Position numbers and translations under genes: made by a program. Below are positions 30,957-39,960 of a stretch of DNA of 64,000 nucleotides, in pieces. The first letter of the stretch is position 1; every line of letters starts with the position of its first letter. The stretch is taken from NCBI GenBank assembly GCA_965199495.1, contig CBDASK010000003.1, forward strand, positions 1,856,001 to 1,920,000, in the 5' to 3' direction. Source of the stretch: Abditibacterium sp. Lineage in GTDB: Bacteria > Armatimonadota > Abditibacteriia > Abditibacteriales > Abditibacteriaceae. The notes beneath the pieces are model-generated. The model saw nothing but the letters and a program-made list of their open reading frames with translations, searched no databases and was not told the DNA's origin.

Positions 30957-31862
30957 TTACTGCTGTGCGTCCACTTTTTTGGCGGCTTCTTTGTTGATGT
31001 GGCTAACTTTTTCGGCGTCGGTCGGTTCGGCCTGCGCGACGCGCATTTTGGGCACGCCGCCCGTGGCTGCGGGCAACTCGATGTTGTCCACTTTCTCGAC
31101 TTTGACGCCGATAGTCGCGCTGGATTTCAGGTTGTCAACGATGCCGCCCGCCATCGTCATCGCCGAAATCAGCGTGTTGGGATTGCCGATGGCTTCGATG
31201 GTGAATGGAGCAGCCACGCCCTCCCAGTTGACCATGATCGTGGGGCCGACGCAGCGAATTGGCGTGTAGCCGGTCACGCGCACCGGGTCGCCGCCCGCGC
31301 CATAAATCGCGATGGCTTCGGCTTTGGCCGAGCGCAGTTCGTTGACGACCTGCTGCAAATCGAAATCGTGAACCAATCCCGGCATCGCCTGCGACGGATC
31401 GCCACCCGCGACGGCGGGGTCATCCGACAGCGTGATGCGAATGCCCGGCCCGCGCAAATTCGTCAGGCCCGCGACGGTTTGCAATTCTTTGATTTGCCCG
31501 TTGAGCGCGGTGATTTGCGTGGTCGTGAGCTTGCCGCCATCAACCAATTTCCTTTTGAGCGCGCCCAGTTCCGCGTCCATCGTCAGGCGCTCGCGGTCGG
31601 CGGCGGCGGCTTTGGTTTTCATCTGCGCCGCCAGCGCCGTCGCTTCGATAGTGCCCTTTTTTTCTTTGACCTGATTATCGCGCATCTGCTGCGTCGCGCG
31701 CAGTTGCATCGCGACCAGAGCGCCGAAAATAAAACAAACGCCGGTCAACGAAACCATCCACGATTTGCCTTTGCGCGCCCGTGGCTCCTGTGGAGACGTT
31801 TCGATAATGACCGGCAAATCGGAAGATTGGGGCGGGCGGGGAGCAGTGAGAGGAGCGTTCAT
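30957..31862 (-). CDS. DUF881-family protein
   Basis: AGLTNLRGPGIRITLSD, VHDFDLQQVVNELRSAKAEAIAI, IRCVGPTI, PFTIEAIG. Confidence 0.88.
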   Translation of the reverse strand: MNAPLTAPRPPQSSDLPVIIETSPQEPRARKGKSWMVSLTGVCFIFGALVAMQLRATQQMRDNQVKEKKGTIEATALAAQMKTKAAAADRERLTMDAELGALKRKLVDGGKLTTTQITALNGQIKELQTVAGLTNLRGPGIRITLSDDPAVAGGDPSQAMPGLVHDFDLQQVVNELRSAKAEAIAIYGAGGDPVRVTGYTPIRCVGPTIMVNWEGVAAPFTIEAIGNPNTLISAMTMAGGIVDNLKSSATIGVKVEKVDNIELPAATGGVPKMRVAQAEPTDAEKVSHINKEAAKKVDAQQ

Positions 31863-32079
31863 GGAAAAACCTGAGACAAACGGAATTCATGTTGACGCGC
31901 AACCAAGTCCGGCAATTCCAAAGATTTGGCAAGCCGCATTGATTATTTTGGGGCCGCGCACCAATGAGTTTAACCAACCGCGTTAGTCATGCTTTGTGTT
32001 GGGATTGAGTAGTTCGTGCCATCGCGCCTGTGTTGTTATTTTGAGGCACGGAACGCGTGTGCAATTGAACAGCATTGCC

Positions 32080-32227
32080 TTGCCCCTTATCTTTGCTTTT
32101 GCCTCCGTAGAGACACCGACTTGTCGTGTCTAAAACGCTGAAGTCGCCATGATATTGAGGCGAATCTTACGTTTTAGACACGACAAGTCGGTGTCTCTAC
32201 GGAGGCAAAAGCAAAGATAAGGGGCAA
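32080..32227. repeat. GTAG-AGAC REP doublet, perfect 58-bp inverted arms
   Basis: Arms 32080-32137 and 32170-32227 with core gtagagacaccgacttgtcgtgtctaaaacg. Confidence 0.92.
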
Positions 32228-32243
32228 AACAAAGAATTACGAT

Positions 32244-33596
32244 TTAATCCCGCGTCGTCACAGCCAAATCTTGGCTGGTCGCTTCGCCATTCACAGTTTC
32301 CGCGTCCGATTTCTCCCCTTCAACTTTGGGACTCCAGCGCGGGTGTTCGCTCGAAACCAAATCTAACTCGCTGGCCTGTCGTCCGGTGCGATCAAAATAG
32401 GCGAGGGCCACGCGCGCCTGTTTGAGCTTGGCGGGCCAATCCTCTTCGCCCAGACGAATCAGCATTTCGGAGTGCGCTTTGAGGTTGCCGCTATCGCCGA
32501 GGCGTAAAGCGGCGGCGCCATCTTTATCGAGATAAACGCGGCGCAAACTCCAATATTTATCACCATTTGCGCCGCCCTTTTCTTTGGCGGCCAGAGCGTT
32601 ATCAGCGTCGAGCGCACTCGCCAATTCGCGGGCGCGCTTCCAAGTGTCGGCGGGCAACGGCTTGCCGGTTTGCGGTTTGAATTGGTCGGATGTCAGCCTG
32701 TCCAGCGCACTATCGTTGCGATTGGCGCGACGAAACGCGACGCCCTGCGCGTCGGCGACCCACCAGGTCGTGCCGTAGCCGACCTGCAAAATCGGTTGGC
32801 GCTCGACGATTGTGGCGCGCATATGCGGCGGCCATGTCCAGGCGCGCTCGATGTGCGCGCTTTTGATGGTCGGAATCGCGGCGATGGCGGCTTCGACCTG
32901 CGCGCGCGGCGCGCGAAAGATGTTTTTGCCGATAAGTTTCTGCGCCAACGCCTCGACGGGCGCGCTCGGCGTCTCGCGTAGGCCGCTGACTTCGACTTTC
33001 GCGACCTCGAACTGCGGCGCCGTCAGCGCCGTCACGGCGCCCCAACCCGCTAAACCCAGCACGCCCACCAGCAAAACGCGTCCGACGAAACGGCGCATGC
33101 GCGCGCGTTTGCGCGCGAGGGCCGCGCGCGCCATCGAATTTTGCGCCGCTCTGTCCCAATCGTTTTGCGGCCCGGTTTCGCCGCCGGGCGCTGGATGAAT
33201 CGGTGTGTGGGCGACCGTATGCGGCTTTTTCTCGTGATGATGCGGCGCGTGCGGTTCCAGTTGGCGCCGCGCGCGCCGCGACTGCGCACCGCGATACTTA
33301 CGCGATGGTGGCGCCGACTGAGCGCTCGCGTCGCGCGGCAAAGGCTGAAACAGATCGGTTCGCTGCTCGCGCGGTGGCTCCAGTTCGGCGTCTTCGCCGC
33401 TCGCATCGGGAATTATATTGGGCAACGCATCGAACGACGATTGCGACGCATCCGAGTCCAAATCGCGCGCGACTTCTCCGGCTCGAAACCGCTCGGCAGG
33501 CGTTTTCAGCCGCCGCTCCGCAAGAGGAGCCACGTCGGACATATCGATTTCGGGCGGGTTGTTTTGGAACGGAGAGCGGGACGAAAACTGTGACAT
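32244..33596 (-). CDS. ftsQ: Cell division protein FtsQ/DivIB (POTRA) with a long N-terminal tail
   Basis: Basic stretch, TM helix, FEVAKVEVSG, IKSAHIERAWTWPPHMRATIVER; upstream of DUF881-sbp-ftsA. Confidence 0.8.
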   Translation of the reverse strand: MSQFSSRSPFQNNPPEIDMSDVAPLAERRLKTPAERFRAGEVARDLDSDASQSSFDALPNIIPDASGEDAELEPPREQRTDLFQPLPRDASAQSAPPSRKYRGAQSRRARRQLEPHAPHHHEKKPHTVAHTPIHPAPGGETGPQNDWDRAAQNSMARAALARKRARMRRFVGRVLLVGVLGLAGWGAVTALTAPQFEVAKVEVSGLRETPSAPVEALAQKLIGKNIFRAPRAQVEAAIAAIPTIKSAHIERAWTWPPHMRATIVERQPILQVGYGTTWWVADAQGVAFRRANRNDSALDRLTSDQFKPQTGKPLPADTWKRARELASALDADNALAAKEKGGANGDKYWSLRRVYLDKDGAAALRLGDSGNLKAHSEMLIRLGEEDWPAKLKQARVALAYFDRTGRQASELDLVSSEHPRWSPKVEGEKSDAETVNGEATSQDLAVTTRD

Positions 33597-33750
33597 GGCG
33601 GCTATGGTTGAAAGCAACGAGCGAAGGGGACGATGTGCAGACGTGCCTTCTTATTTTGCCAGAGAATCGAGCATCGTGCGCGAAAAATAGAAATTACAGC
33701 CGATTAAATTTTACAATTTGTTCAGGCCTCACTGCTCAAAGCAGAGGGTT

Positions 33751-36252
33751 TCACAAAATCGTCAGCGCGTCCACGTCAACTGTCAAACCTTCTTTCTCTT
33801 CGCGCGGCAAATCGTCGTAAATTTGGAGTCTGCGATGCAGACGGGGCCGCGAACGGTCGCGCAGCAACAGATGAAACCGAAACTTATTCTTGACGCGCGC
33901 CAGAGGGCAAGAAACCGGCCCCAACAAATCGGTGCCCGGCTCGCGAACAATCGCCGCCTGAAAGCGCGCCGCCAGCCGTTCGAGTTTGGTGCGCGCCGTG
34001 GCTTCGTCTTCGTGGCTGGAAATGACGTTGACGACGTGCGAAAACGGCGGATTGGGAATCATTTCGCGATTCTCGATTTCCTGCGCGACAAACGTCGCGA
34101 AATCGTGTTGCGCTGCCGTCGTAATCGCGATGTCGTCGGCGGCCAAAGTCTGCACCAAAACGCGCCCCGGCGTCGCGCCGCGCCCGGCGCGCCCGGCGAC
34201 TTGCGCCAACAATTGAAACGTGCGCTCACTCGCCCGAAAATCCGGCACGTTGAGCGCGGTATCGGCGGAAATGACGCCGACCAAAGTCACACGCGGGAAA
34301 TCCAAACCTTTGGTCACCATCTGCGTGCCGATCAAAACCTGCGCGCGGCCCGCGCGAAAATCGCCCAAAATTTGGCCGTGCGCGCCTTTGTTAGAAGTCG
34401 TATCGCGATCCAAACGCAATGATTTAATGCCGCGTAGTCCGCGCTCGGCGAACAGTTCGTCCACGGCTTTCTCGACTTTTTCCGTTCCCGAACCCGAAAA
34501 TGACAGCATCCAACCGTCGCAAACCGGGCAGTGCCCCGGCACGGGCGCGACGTGATCGCAGTGATGGCAACGCAACGTGCCCTCGGCTTTGTGGTGCGTG
34601 AGCGAAACGTCGCAATTGGGGCATTTTTCGGCGTGACCGCAGCCCAGACATTGCACGTAAGTCGCGAAGCCGCGCCGGTTGAGAAACAGAATCGCCTGTT
34701 CGCCGTTGCTCACCGTGGCGCACAACTCGTCTTTGAGCCGCTTCGACAAAACCGGCAAGGCGCCCTGCTGCGCTTCCGATGTCATATCCACGATTTCGAC
34801 GGCGGGCATCGCGCGATTTTCTACGCGCTTACGCATCATAACGTGACGATATTCGCCGCGCGTGGCGCGCGCGAACGATTCCAGACTCGGCGTGGCTGAT
34901 CCGAGCAGCAAGACCGCGCCTTCGAGGGCGCACCGGCGCAACGCGATTTCGCGCGCGTGATAGCGCGGCGCTTTGTCCTGTTTATAGGAGCCGTCGTGCT
35001 CCTCGTCAATAATAATCAGGCCGACGTTGCGAAGCGGCGCGAAAATCGCCGAGCGTGCGCCCACCACAATCGGCGCGTCGCCGCGTCCCGCACGGCGCCA
35101 TTCATCGAAGCGTTCGCCCGCCGACAACGCCGAATGCAAAATCGCGACTTTGCTGCCGAAGCGCTTCTGAAAAATCTCGACCGTCTGCGCCGTCAAAGCG
35201 ATTTCGGGTACCAGCAATAACGCGTTTTTGCCCAACTCCAGACATTTCTCGATGGCCGCCAGATAAACCTCGGTTTTGCCCGAAGCCGTCACGCCCTGCA
35301 GCAAAACGGTTTGCGGCGCGCCGTGATTGCATAGCGAATCGGCGATTTGCGCGACGGCGTTCGCCTGTTCATCGGTGAAAACCACGTTTTTCGCTTGCGG
35401 ATGCACCACGCCGTTGGGCAAACGCAGCGATTCGATCTGCTCGATGGCGACCAAACCACGCGCCGCCAGCGAACGAATCGCGCCCGAATCCACGCCCGCT
35501 TCGCGATGCAATTGCGGAATCGGCAGCCAATCGTGGGTGCGCGCGGCGATGGGAGCCAATTTACACAACGCTTCGGCTTGTTTGGGAGCGCGCTTGCTCA
35601 ATGCAGCCACGGCGTCCGGGTCGGCCAACAAATCCAATCCGGCGCGCGCGATTTTGACTGACGAAACCAACTTGGCGCGCACCGGAGGGCGCGGCGCTTC
35701 GCTCGAAATCGCCAAAACGCCCGTTTCGCACAAACGGCGCAGTTGGTCGGGTTCCGCCGTGCCGCCGATTGCTTTGCCGATTTCCTTGGCGTTCAACGGC
35801 TTTTTGGCTTCCCAAATCGCGTTGGCAATCGAGAACAATTTGGGCGTGCGACTCAAATCGCGCAATGCTCGCAGCGGTTCTGGGGCCACGATTTGATAGT
35901 GCATATCGAGCGCCGGAGTCGCGCCCGCCGGAATCCATCCGGCCAGAGCATCGGGCAAAGGACAATGATAATACGCGCTCATCCAACGCGCGATTTTAAG
36001 CGCCAATTCGTCGAATAACGGTTCGTCGCTCAGGCGCGCGTCAATTGTTTTGAGTTGCGAAACGTCGAAATCGAGTTGGTCGGTGAAACCAGTGATAAAC
36101 CCGACGGCGCGCCCACGGCGGAGCGGCACCACGACCGGTTGGCCGATTTGCCAATCGCCGATGCCGGGCGATAACGCGTAAGTCAATTCCGTGTCGAGAC
36201 CCGCGATGGTGCGTTCGAGCGAGATCAATCCGTAACGGGCGGGCGCGGGCAT
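33751..36252 (-). CDS. priA: Primosomal protein N'
   Basis: GVTASGKTEVY, LVPEIALT, IIDEEH, GSATPS, four CxxC pairs, QVAGRAGR. Confidence 0.97.
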   Translation of the reverse strand: MPAPARYGLISLERTIAGLDTELTYALSPGIGDWQIGQPVVVPLRRGRAVGFITGFTDQLDFDVSQLKTIDARLSDEPLFDELALKIARWMSAYYHCPLPDALAGWIPAGATPALDMHYQIVAPEPLRALRDLSRTPKLFSIANAIWEAKKPLNAKEIGKAIGGTAEPDQLRRLCETGVLAISSEAPRPPVRAKLVSSVKIARAGLDLLADPDAVAALSKRAPKQAEALCKLAPIAARTHDWLPIPQLHREAGVDSGAIRSLAARGLVAIEQIESLRLPNGVVHPQAKNVVFTDEQANAVAQIADSLCNHGAPQTVLLQGVTASGKTEVYLAAIEKCLELGKNALLLVPEIALTAQTVEIFQKRFGSKVAILHSALSAGERFDEWRRAGRGDAPIVVGARSAIFAPLRNVGLIIIDEEHDGSYKQDKAPRYHAREIALRRCALEGAVLLLGSATPSLESFARATRGEYRHVMMRKRVENRAMPAVEIVDMTSEAQQGALPVLSKRLKDELCATVSNGEQAILFLNRRGFATYVQCLGCGHAEKCPNCDVSLTHHKAEGTLRCHHCDHVAPVPGHCPVCDGWMLSFSGSGTEKVEKAVDELFAERGLRGIKSLRLDRDTTSNKGAHGQILGDFRAGRAQVLIGTQMVTKGLDFPRVTLVGVISADTALNVPDFRASERTFQLLAQVAGRAGRGATPGRVLVQTLAADDIAITTAAQHDFATFVAQEIENREMIPNPPFSHVVNVISSHEDEATARTKLERLAARFQAAIVREPGTDLLGPVSCPLARVKNKFRFHLLLRDRSRPRLHRRLQIYDDLPREEKEGLTVDVDALTIL

Positions 36253-36362
36253 GAGTGGGAGAGTTTATCGTTCTACCAAAACGCAGAACTAAACCTACAA
36301 TGGGACGCCGTAACGCCCGCACAAGCGCCGCCTTTTCTAATTTAGATTTGCTCGCAAAACGC

Positions 36363-36394
36363 AAAAAGGACGAACCCGAAGGCTCGTCCTTTTG
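36363..36394 (-). terminator. Intrinsic terminator
   Basis: aaaaaggacga-acccgaaggc-tcgtcctttt after the gene ending at 36412. Confidence 0.75.
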
Positions 36395-36411
36395 CGATGG
36401 CTAAACGGAAT

Positions 36412-37422
36412 TTACATTCCGTTGTTCATCATCGTGCCGTTGCTATTCATCATGGTGCCGTTATCCATAGCGCCATTATTCATCGTACCGTTGTTCATCA
36501 TGGCGCCGTTGTCCATAGTGCCGCCCATGTTATTGGTCATGTTGTAGGGCATATAACCCATCGAGTTGGTTTCGGTGCTCAAGTCTTTGGGCGGCTTGCC
36601 ACCTAAAAAGTTGATGTTGAAACCAAGCAGTGGTTTGCGGTTCGACATAACCTTGCCAAAGCCCAAGGGGCCAAGCGTTTGGCCATTCACCGAAATGCTA
36701 TTGGCAGCCACGCGCTTATCGAAGGGGCTGACAACACCGTAAAGCGGGGACTCTTCGTAGCCGCGAACAACGATTTCAGAGTTAGCCAGCAACGGCGTAA
36801 TGCCGGTGGGCGAAGTCGAAGCCTGCACCAAACGGTTGGAATCCGGGACGCGCACCAAAGTTTTGTTATCCAGAACCAGACCCAAAACTTCGCCGTTCAT
36901 CGGGTCGGCCAGATAGCCGGTCAATTTGCCCGACAAAGTCATCTCTTTGGTACCGATTTGAATGTAGGGCGTGGCCTTCAAAACGTCAATCGGGCTGATG
37001 TTGGACGGCATCATCATCGTGGACGGAGTGGGCATATCGGGGCCAACGCCAGCCAAATCATAGTTGGTCATTTTGCCCATCATGCTCGAAGTTACGTAAA
37101 CGCTGGCGCTCGATCCAACCGGATAAAGCGCGGTCACGCGCTGCGCCATCGAAGGCGAAAAGCGCACCATTTTGACGCCATCGGCGGTTTGCACGTCCAT
37201 CGCGCTGACGTATCCGGCGCGATCCACGTAATAATTCTGCACGGTGCCCGAAACCATCATCGGCATCATCGTCGGCGTAGTCATGGTCGAGTTCATCATC
37301 GAACCATCGTTCATCATCGTGCCGTTGTCCATCATCGAGCCCTGCGCCTGAACGCCCGTAGCGCCAGCGAAAGCCATCGCGGTCATTGCAGTTCCAATTG
37401 TCAGTTTCTTGAGTAGTGTCAT
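36412..37422 (-). CDS. Secreted Met-rich repeat protein
   Basis: Signal peptide ending VQA; (D/N)NG(T/A/S)MM repeats at both ends; SD ggag upstream of ATG 37422. Confidence 0.8.
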   Translation of the reverse strand: MTLLKKLTIGTAMTAMAFAGATGVQAQGSMMDNGTMMNDGSMMNSTMTTPTMMPMMVSGTVQNYYVDRAGYVSAMDVQTADGVKMVRFSPSMAQRVTALYPVGSSASVYVTSSMMGKMTNYDLAGVGPDMPTPSTMMMPSNISPIDVLKATPYIQIGTKEMTLSGKLTGYLADPMNGEVLGLVLDNKTLVRVPDSNRLVQASTSPTGITPLLANSEIVVRGYEESPLYGVVSPFDKRVAANSISVNGQTLGPLGFGKVMSNRKPLLGFNINFLGGKPPKDLSTETNSMGYMPYNMTNNMGGTMDNGAMMNNGTMNNGAMDNGTMMNSNGTMMNNGM

Positions 37423-37541
37423 TTTATTTTCTCCGTGAGGATTTTCTGCCGTCTCACACTTTAATTCTTTTAAAATAAAAGTGCAAGCGACAAGTCGGTT
37501 GAGGTGACTTGCAAATGGAAGACCAATTGCGGATGCCGAAA

Positions 37542-38258
37542 TTACACTCCGCGTTTGTTGCCCCACAGCAAAACGTGGAGTTGCGGCGTCAGCGTCACGT
37601 CGAACCACTTCTCCCGCGCGCACCGTTCCAGCAACCACTCCAATTTTTGCGTCAACGCGGCGTTGTCGGCGTTCTGGCCAGTCATCACCGAATCGTTGCC
37701 GATGGATAAATAAAATGGCACATCAGAATGCAACTCGTAAACGCGGCGCGCGAACCCGAAATCGGCTTCATCGAATACGACAATTTTAATCGAAATCTGC
37801 GTATTTTTCGTTCCGCCGCGCGCGATTTCCAGACAGCGCGCCAAATTTTCCGCCGAAAACTCCATTTTCGACGACGGCGGCTTGGGCGACAAAACCAGAT
37901 GATCCAATTCGCCCAACCAATCGGGCGCTTTGGACGCCTGCGTTTCGAGCGCGAACGTGTGTCCGCGCGCGTGTCCGATTTCCAACAGCTCGCGCAGTGG
38001 CTGCAACGCTGGGTTGCCGCCCGAAAGCGTGATTAGAATCGGTGCGCCGCCGCTCAACCGTTCGACTTCTTCGAGAATTGCGGGCGCACCCATTTTTGTC
38101 CAATCGCTTTTGTGTTCGGGCAAAACAGCGTAAAGCGTATCGCACCATTGGCAACGAAAATCGCAGCCACCGGTGCGCACAAAAACCGTCGGGCGCCCGA
38201 TGAGCGCGCCCTCGCCTTGAATCGTTGGGCCGAAAATTTCGGAAATTAAAATCGACAT
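37542..38258 (-). CDS. queE: 7-carboxy-7-deazaguanine synthase
   Basis: EIFGPTIQGEG, CDFRCQWCD, LSGGNP, LSPKPPSS, PQLHVLLWG. Confidence 0.95.
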   Translation of the reverse strand: MSILISEIFGPTIQGEGALIGRPTVFVRTGGCDFRCQWCDTLYAVLPEHKSDWTKMGAPAILEEVERLSGGAPILITLSGGNPALQPLRELLEIGHARGHTFALETQASKAPDWLGELDHLVLSPKPPSSKMEFSAENLARCLEIARGGTKNTQISIKIVVFDEADFGFARRVYELHSDVPFYLSIGNDSVMTGQNADNAALTQKLEWLLERCAREKWFDVTLTPQLHVLLWGNKRGV

Positions 38259-38317
38259 TGGCTGAACTTGATACTTTTAGTTTGACGAGAACACGTCAAA
38301 TAGAGCATACTCCCCCG

Positions 38318-38758
38318 GTGCATAATAATTGGGGCAGAATCTGGCTAAGCGCGGCGTTATTGCTGTTGTCCGGCCTGTCGTCGCCCCTGACGTGGCTGGC
38401 CTCGGCGGCTCCGTCACCATGCGCGATGCCGTGTTGTTGCCCGCAAGCAGCGATGGCAGCAGCCACGCCGTACGCACCGTGTTGCCAAATGCAGCCCGCG
38501 CCGTTGCCAATCGGCGTCGCGATTGTCGCTCCGGCGCGCGCGAGTTGGAGCAAAGCGTCGCTCGACGCGATTGCCGCTCCCGCGATTGCCGTTTCCACGC
38601 CGAAATTCACTTTTACTGCGTCTGCGCCGCTAATTTTCCCCGCCGAATCCGCAATTTCTCCATCTAATGCGGCGGAGCGGCGGATTTATTCTTGTCGCGC
38701 TCCACCTGCAAATGGCGGACATTTACTAACGCTTCAAGAAGGAGGAAAACTCACATGA
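38318..38758 (+). CDS. Exported Cys-rich leader protein with a RAPP motif (DUF2946/CutF/CruR-like architecture)
   Basis: Probable GTG start 38318; signal-like helix, CAMPCCCP...PCCQM, Ala/Pro linker, SCRAPP; TTGACG-18-CATACT just upstream. Confidence 0.65.
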   Translation: MHNNWGRIWLSAALLLLSGLSSPLTWLASAAPSPCAMPCCCPQAAMAAATPYAPCCQMQPAPLPIGVAIVAPARASWSKASLDAIAAPAIAVSTPKFTFTASAPLIFPAESAISPSNAAERRIYSCRAPPANGGHLLTLQEGGKLT

Positions 38759-38853
38759 TTATCGAACTCACCGTAATGGCGTCCGATTGCTGCGAAGGTT
38801 GCGGCGGAAGCTGCTCCGACGGCACCTGCACTTGCAACTGCTGCGGCAAATAG
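38755..38853 (+). CDS. 32-aa metallothionein-like peptide (not in the ORF track)
   Basis: MIIELTVMASDCCEGCGGSCSDGTCTCNCCGK; AAGGAGG SD; ATGA overlap with the leader stop; terminator follows. Confidence 0.8.
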   Translation: MIIELTVMASDCCEGCGGSCSDGTCTCNCCGK

Positions 38854-38865
38854 GCCCACACAACT

Positions 38866-38906
38866 CAACGCCTCGCAATCCAAAAGATGCGGGGCGTTGT
38901 TTTTTA
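38866..38906 (+). terminator. Intrinsic terminator
   Basis: caacgcctcgca...tgcggggcgttgtttttt. Confidence 0.8.
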
Positions 38907-39428
38907 GTTCAGCAAATCGCGTTGCCGCAAAAATTCATGCAACGGATGAGCGGGCGCCGTATGGGCGGCGACGGCTTGAGCAAAGCCGCGCGGGTCTCGC
39001 AAAATAAGAGGAATTGAAATACGTTTGCCGTTTGCCATCGAAATGACAGCGTAGGGCAAAAAGAACCACTTGAGTTCGACACCAACGATTTGCGACCATA
39101 CAAATTCGCGCCACGCAAACCATCTGTCGAGAATAATAATTCCTTGGGCGCTTACCTCAACTGACAGCGCCCACATAAAGCACAAACACAATAAAAGTTC
39201 CGTCGCCGTCAGGAGAGCTATCGCAGTGACCATCGCCATATAAAAATCAGCCGTGCGGAACATAAACACCGGGCGAATCATAACTCCAATCACAATGGCC
39301 GAAGGCACCACGACTTGAAGAAATACGGCGAAGAAATACGGCAGAAATCGGCGTTGAAACTTCAGAACTCCACCCGCTTCGGGTTGGCTTTTCTGTGTTT
39401 CGTGCGGATCGGCGATGGGCGGTTTCAT
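38904..39428 (-). CDS. Hypothetical membrane protein (paralog of 39432-39959)
   Basis: Two TM helices then VSAQGI...REFVWSQI...IPLILRD. Confidence 0.7.
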   Translation of the reverse strand: MKPPIADPHETQKSQPEAGGVLKFQRRFLPYFFAVFLQVVVPSAIVIGVMIRPVFMFRTADFYMAMVTAIALLTATELLLCLCFMWALSVEVSAQGIIILDRWFAWREFVWSQIVGVELKWFFLPYAVISMANGKRISIPLILRDPRGFAQAVAAHTAPAHPLHEFLRQRDLLN

Positions 39429-39431
39429 CGC

Positions 39432-39959
39432 TCAAGTTTCGTCATTCTCAAAGAACGCGCGCAACGCGCAAGTCGGCGGCGCCCACTGCTTCACCAAACT
39501 TTCAAATTCGCCTTGTTCGCGTAAAAATAGCGGAAGCCAGATGATATTACGACAGTTCGGCGTCGAGAGCCGGGCGAATCGCGTAAAAAATAGCCAGCGA
39601 ATTGGCGCGACTTTGACGATTTCGTCCCACGAAACCTCGCGTGCTTGTCCCCAGAAGTTACGCGCGCGCAGACCGTTTTGGTTGACGATAACCGGAAAAC
39701 AGCGCGAGACAATCGCTGCCACCAAAACACCGCCGACCGCGATTTTAAGCGCCAACAACAACGCGAAGACAAAGCGCAAATGGCTCGGCCCCTGCCACAA
39801 CAGTAGCAACAGCGGCCACGCGCCCGGCACGGTTTGCGACAACGCGAACGGTGTGAATTCCAGCCGAAACGCGCGCCCGGCAAAACCGCCGCGCGGCGCG
39901 AGCGCGCGATAAATCGCGGGGCCAATCGAATTTGCTCGCATGAAAATTGGGGCCGACAA
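39432..39959 (-). CDS. Hypothetical membrane protein (paralog of 38904-39428)
   Basis: Two TM helices then VNQNGL...REVSWDEI...LPLFLRE. Confidence 0.65.
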   Translation of the reverse strand: MSAPIFMRANSIGPAIYRALAPRGGFAGRAFRLEFTPFALSQTVPGAWPLLLLLWQGPSHLRFVFALLLALKIAVGGVLVAAIVSRCFPVIVNQNGLRARNFWGQAREVSWDEIVKVAPIRWLFFTRFARLSTPNCRNIIWLPLFLREQGEFESLVKQWAPPTCALRAFFENDET

Positions 39960-39960
39960 T

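Noticed and set aside
38755..38853. Cys-rich peptide as a RiPP precursor matured by the nearby radical SAM enzyme
   Set aside because: The enzyme is a canonical QueE with QueC nearby; no maturase, peptidase or transporter is adjacent. Not fully excluded
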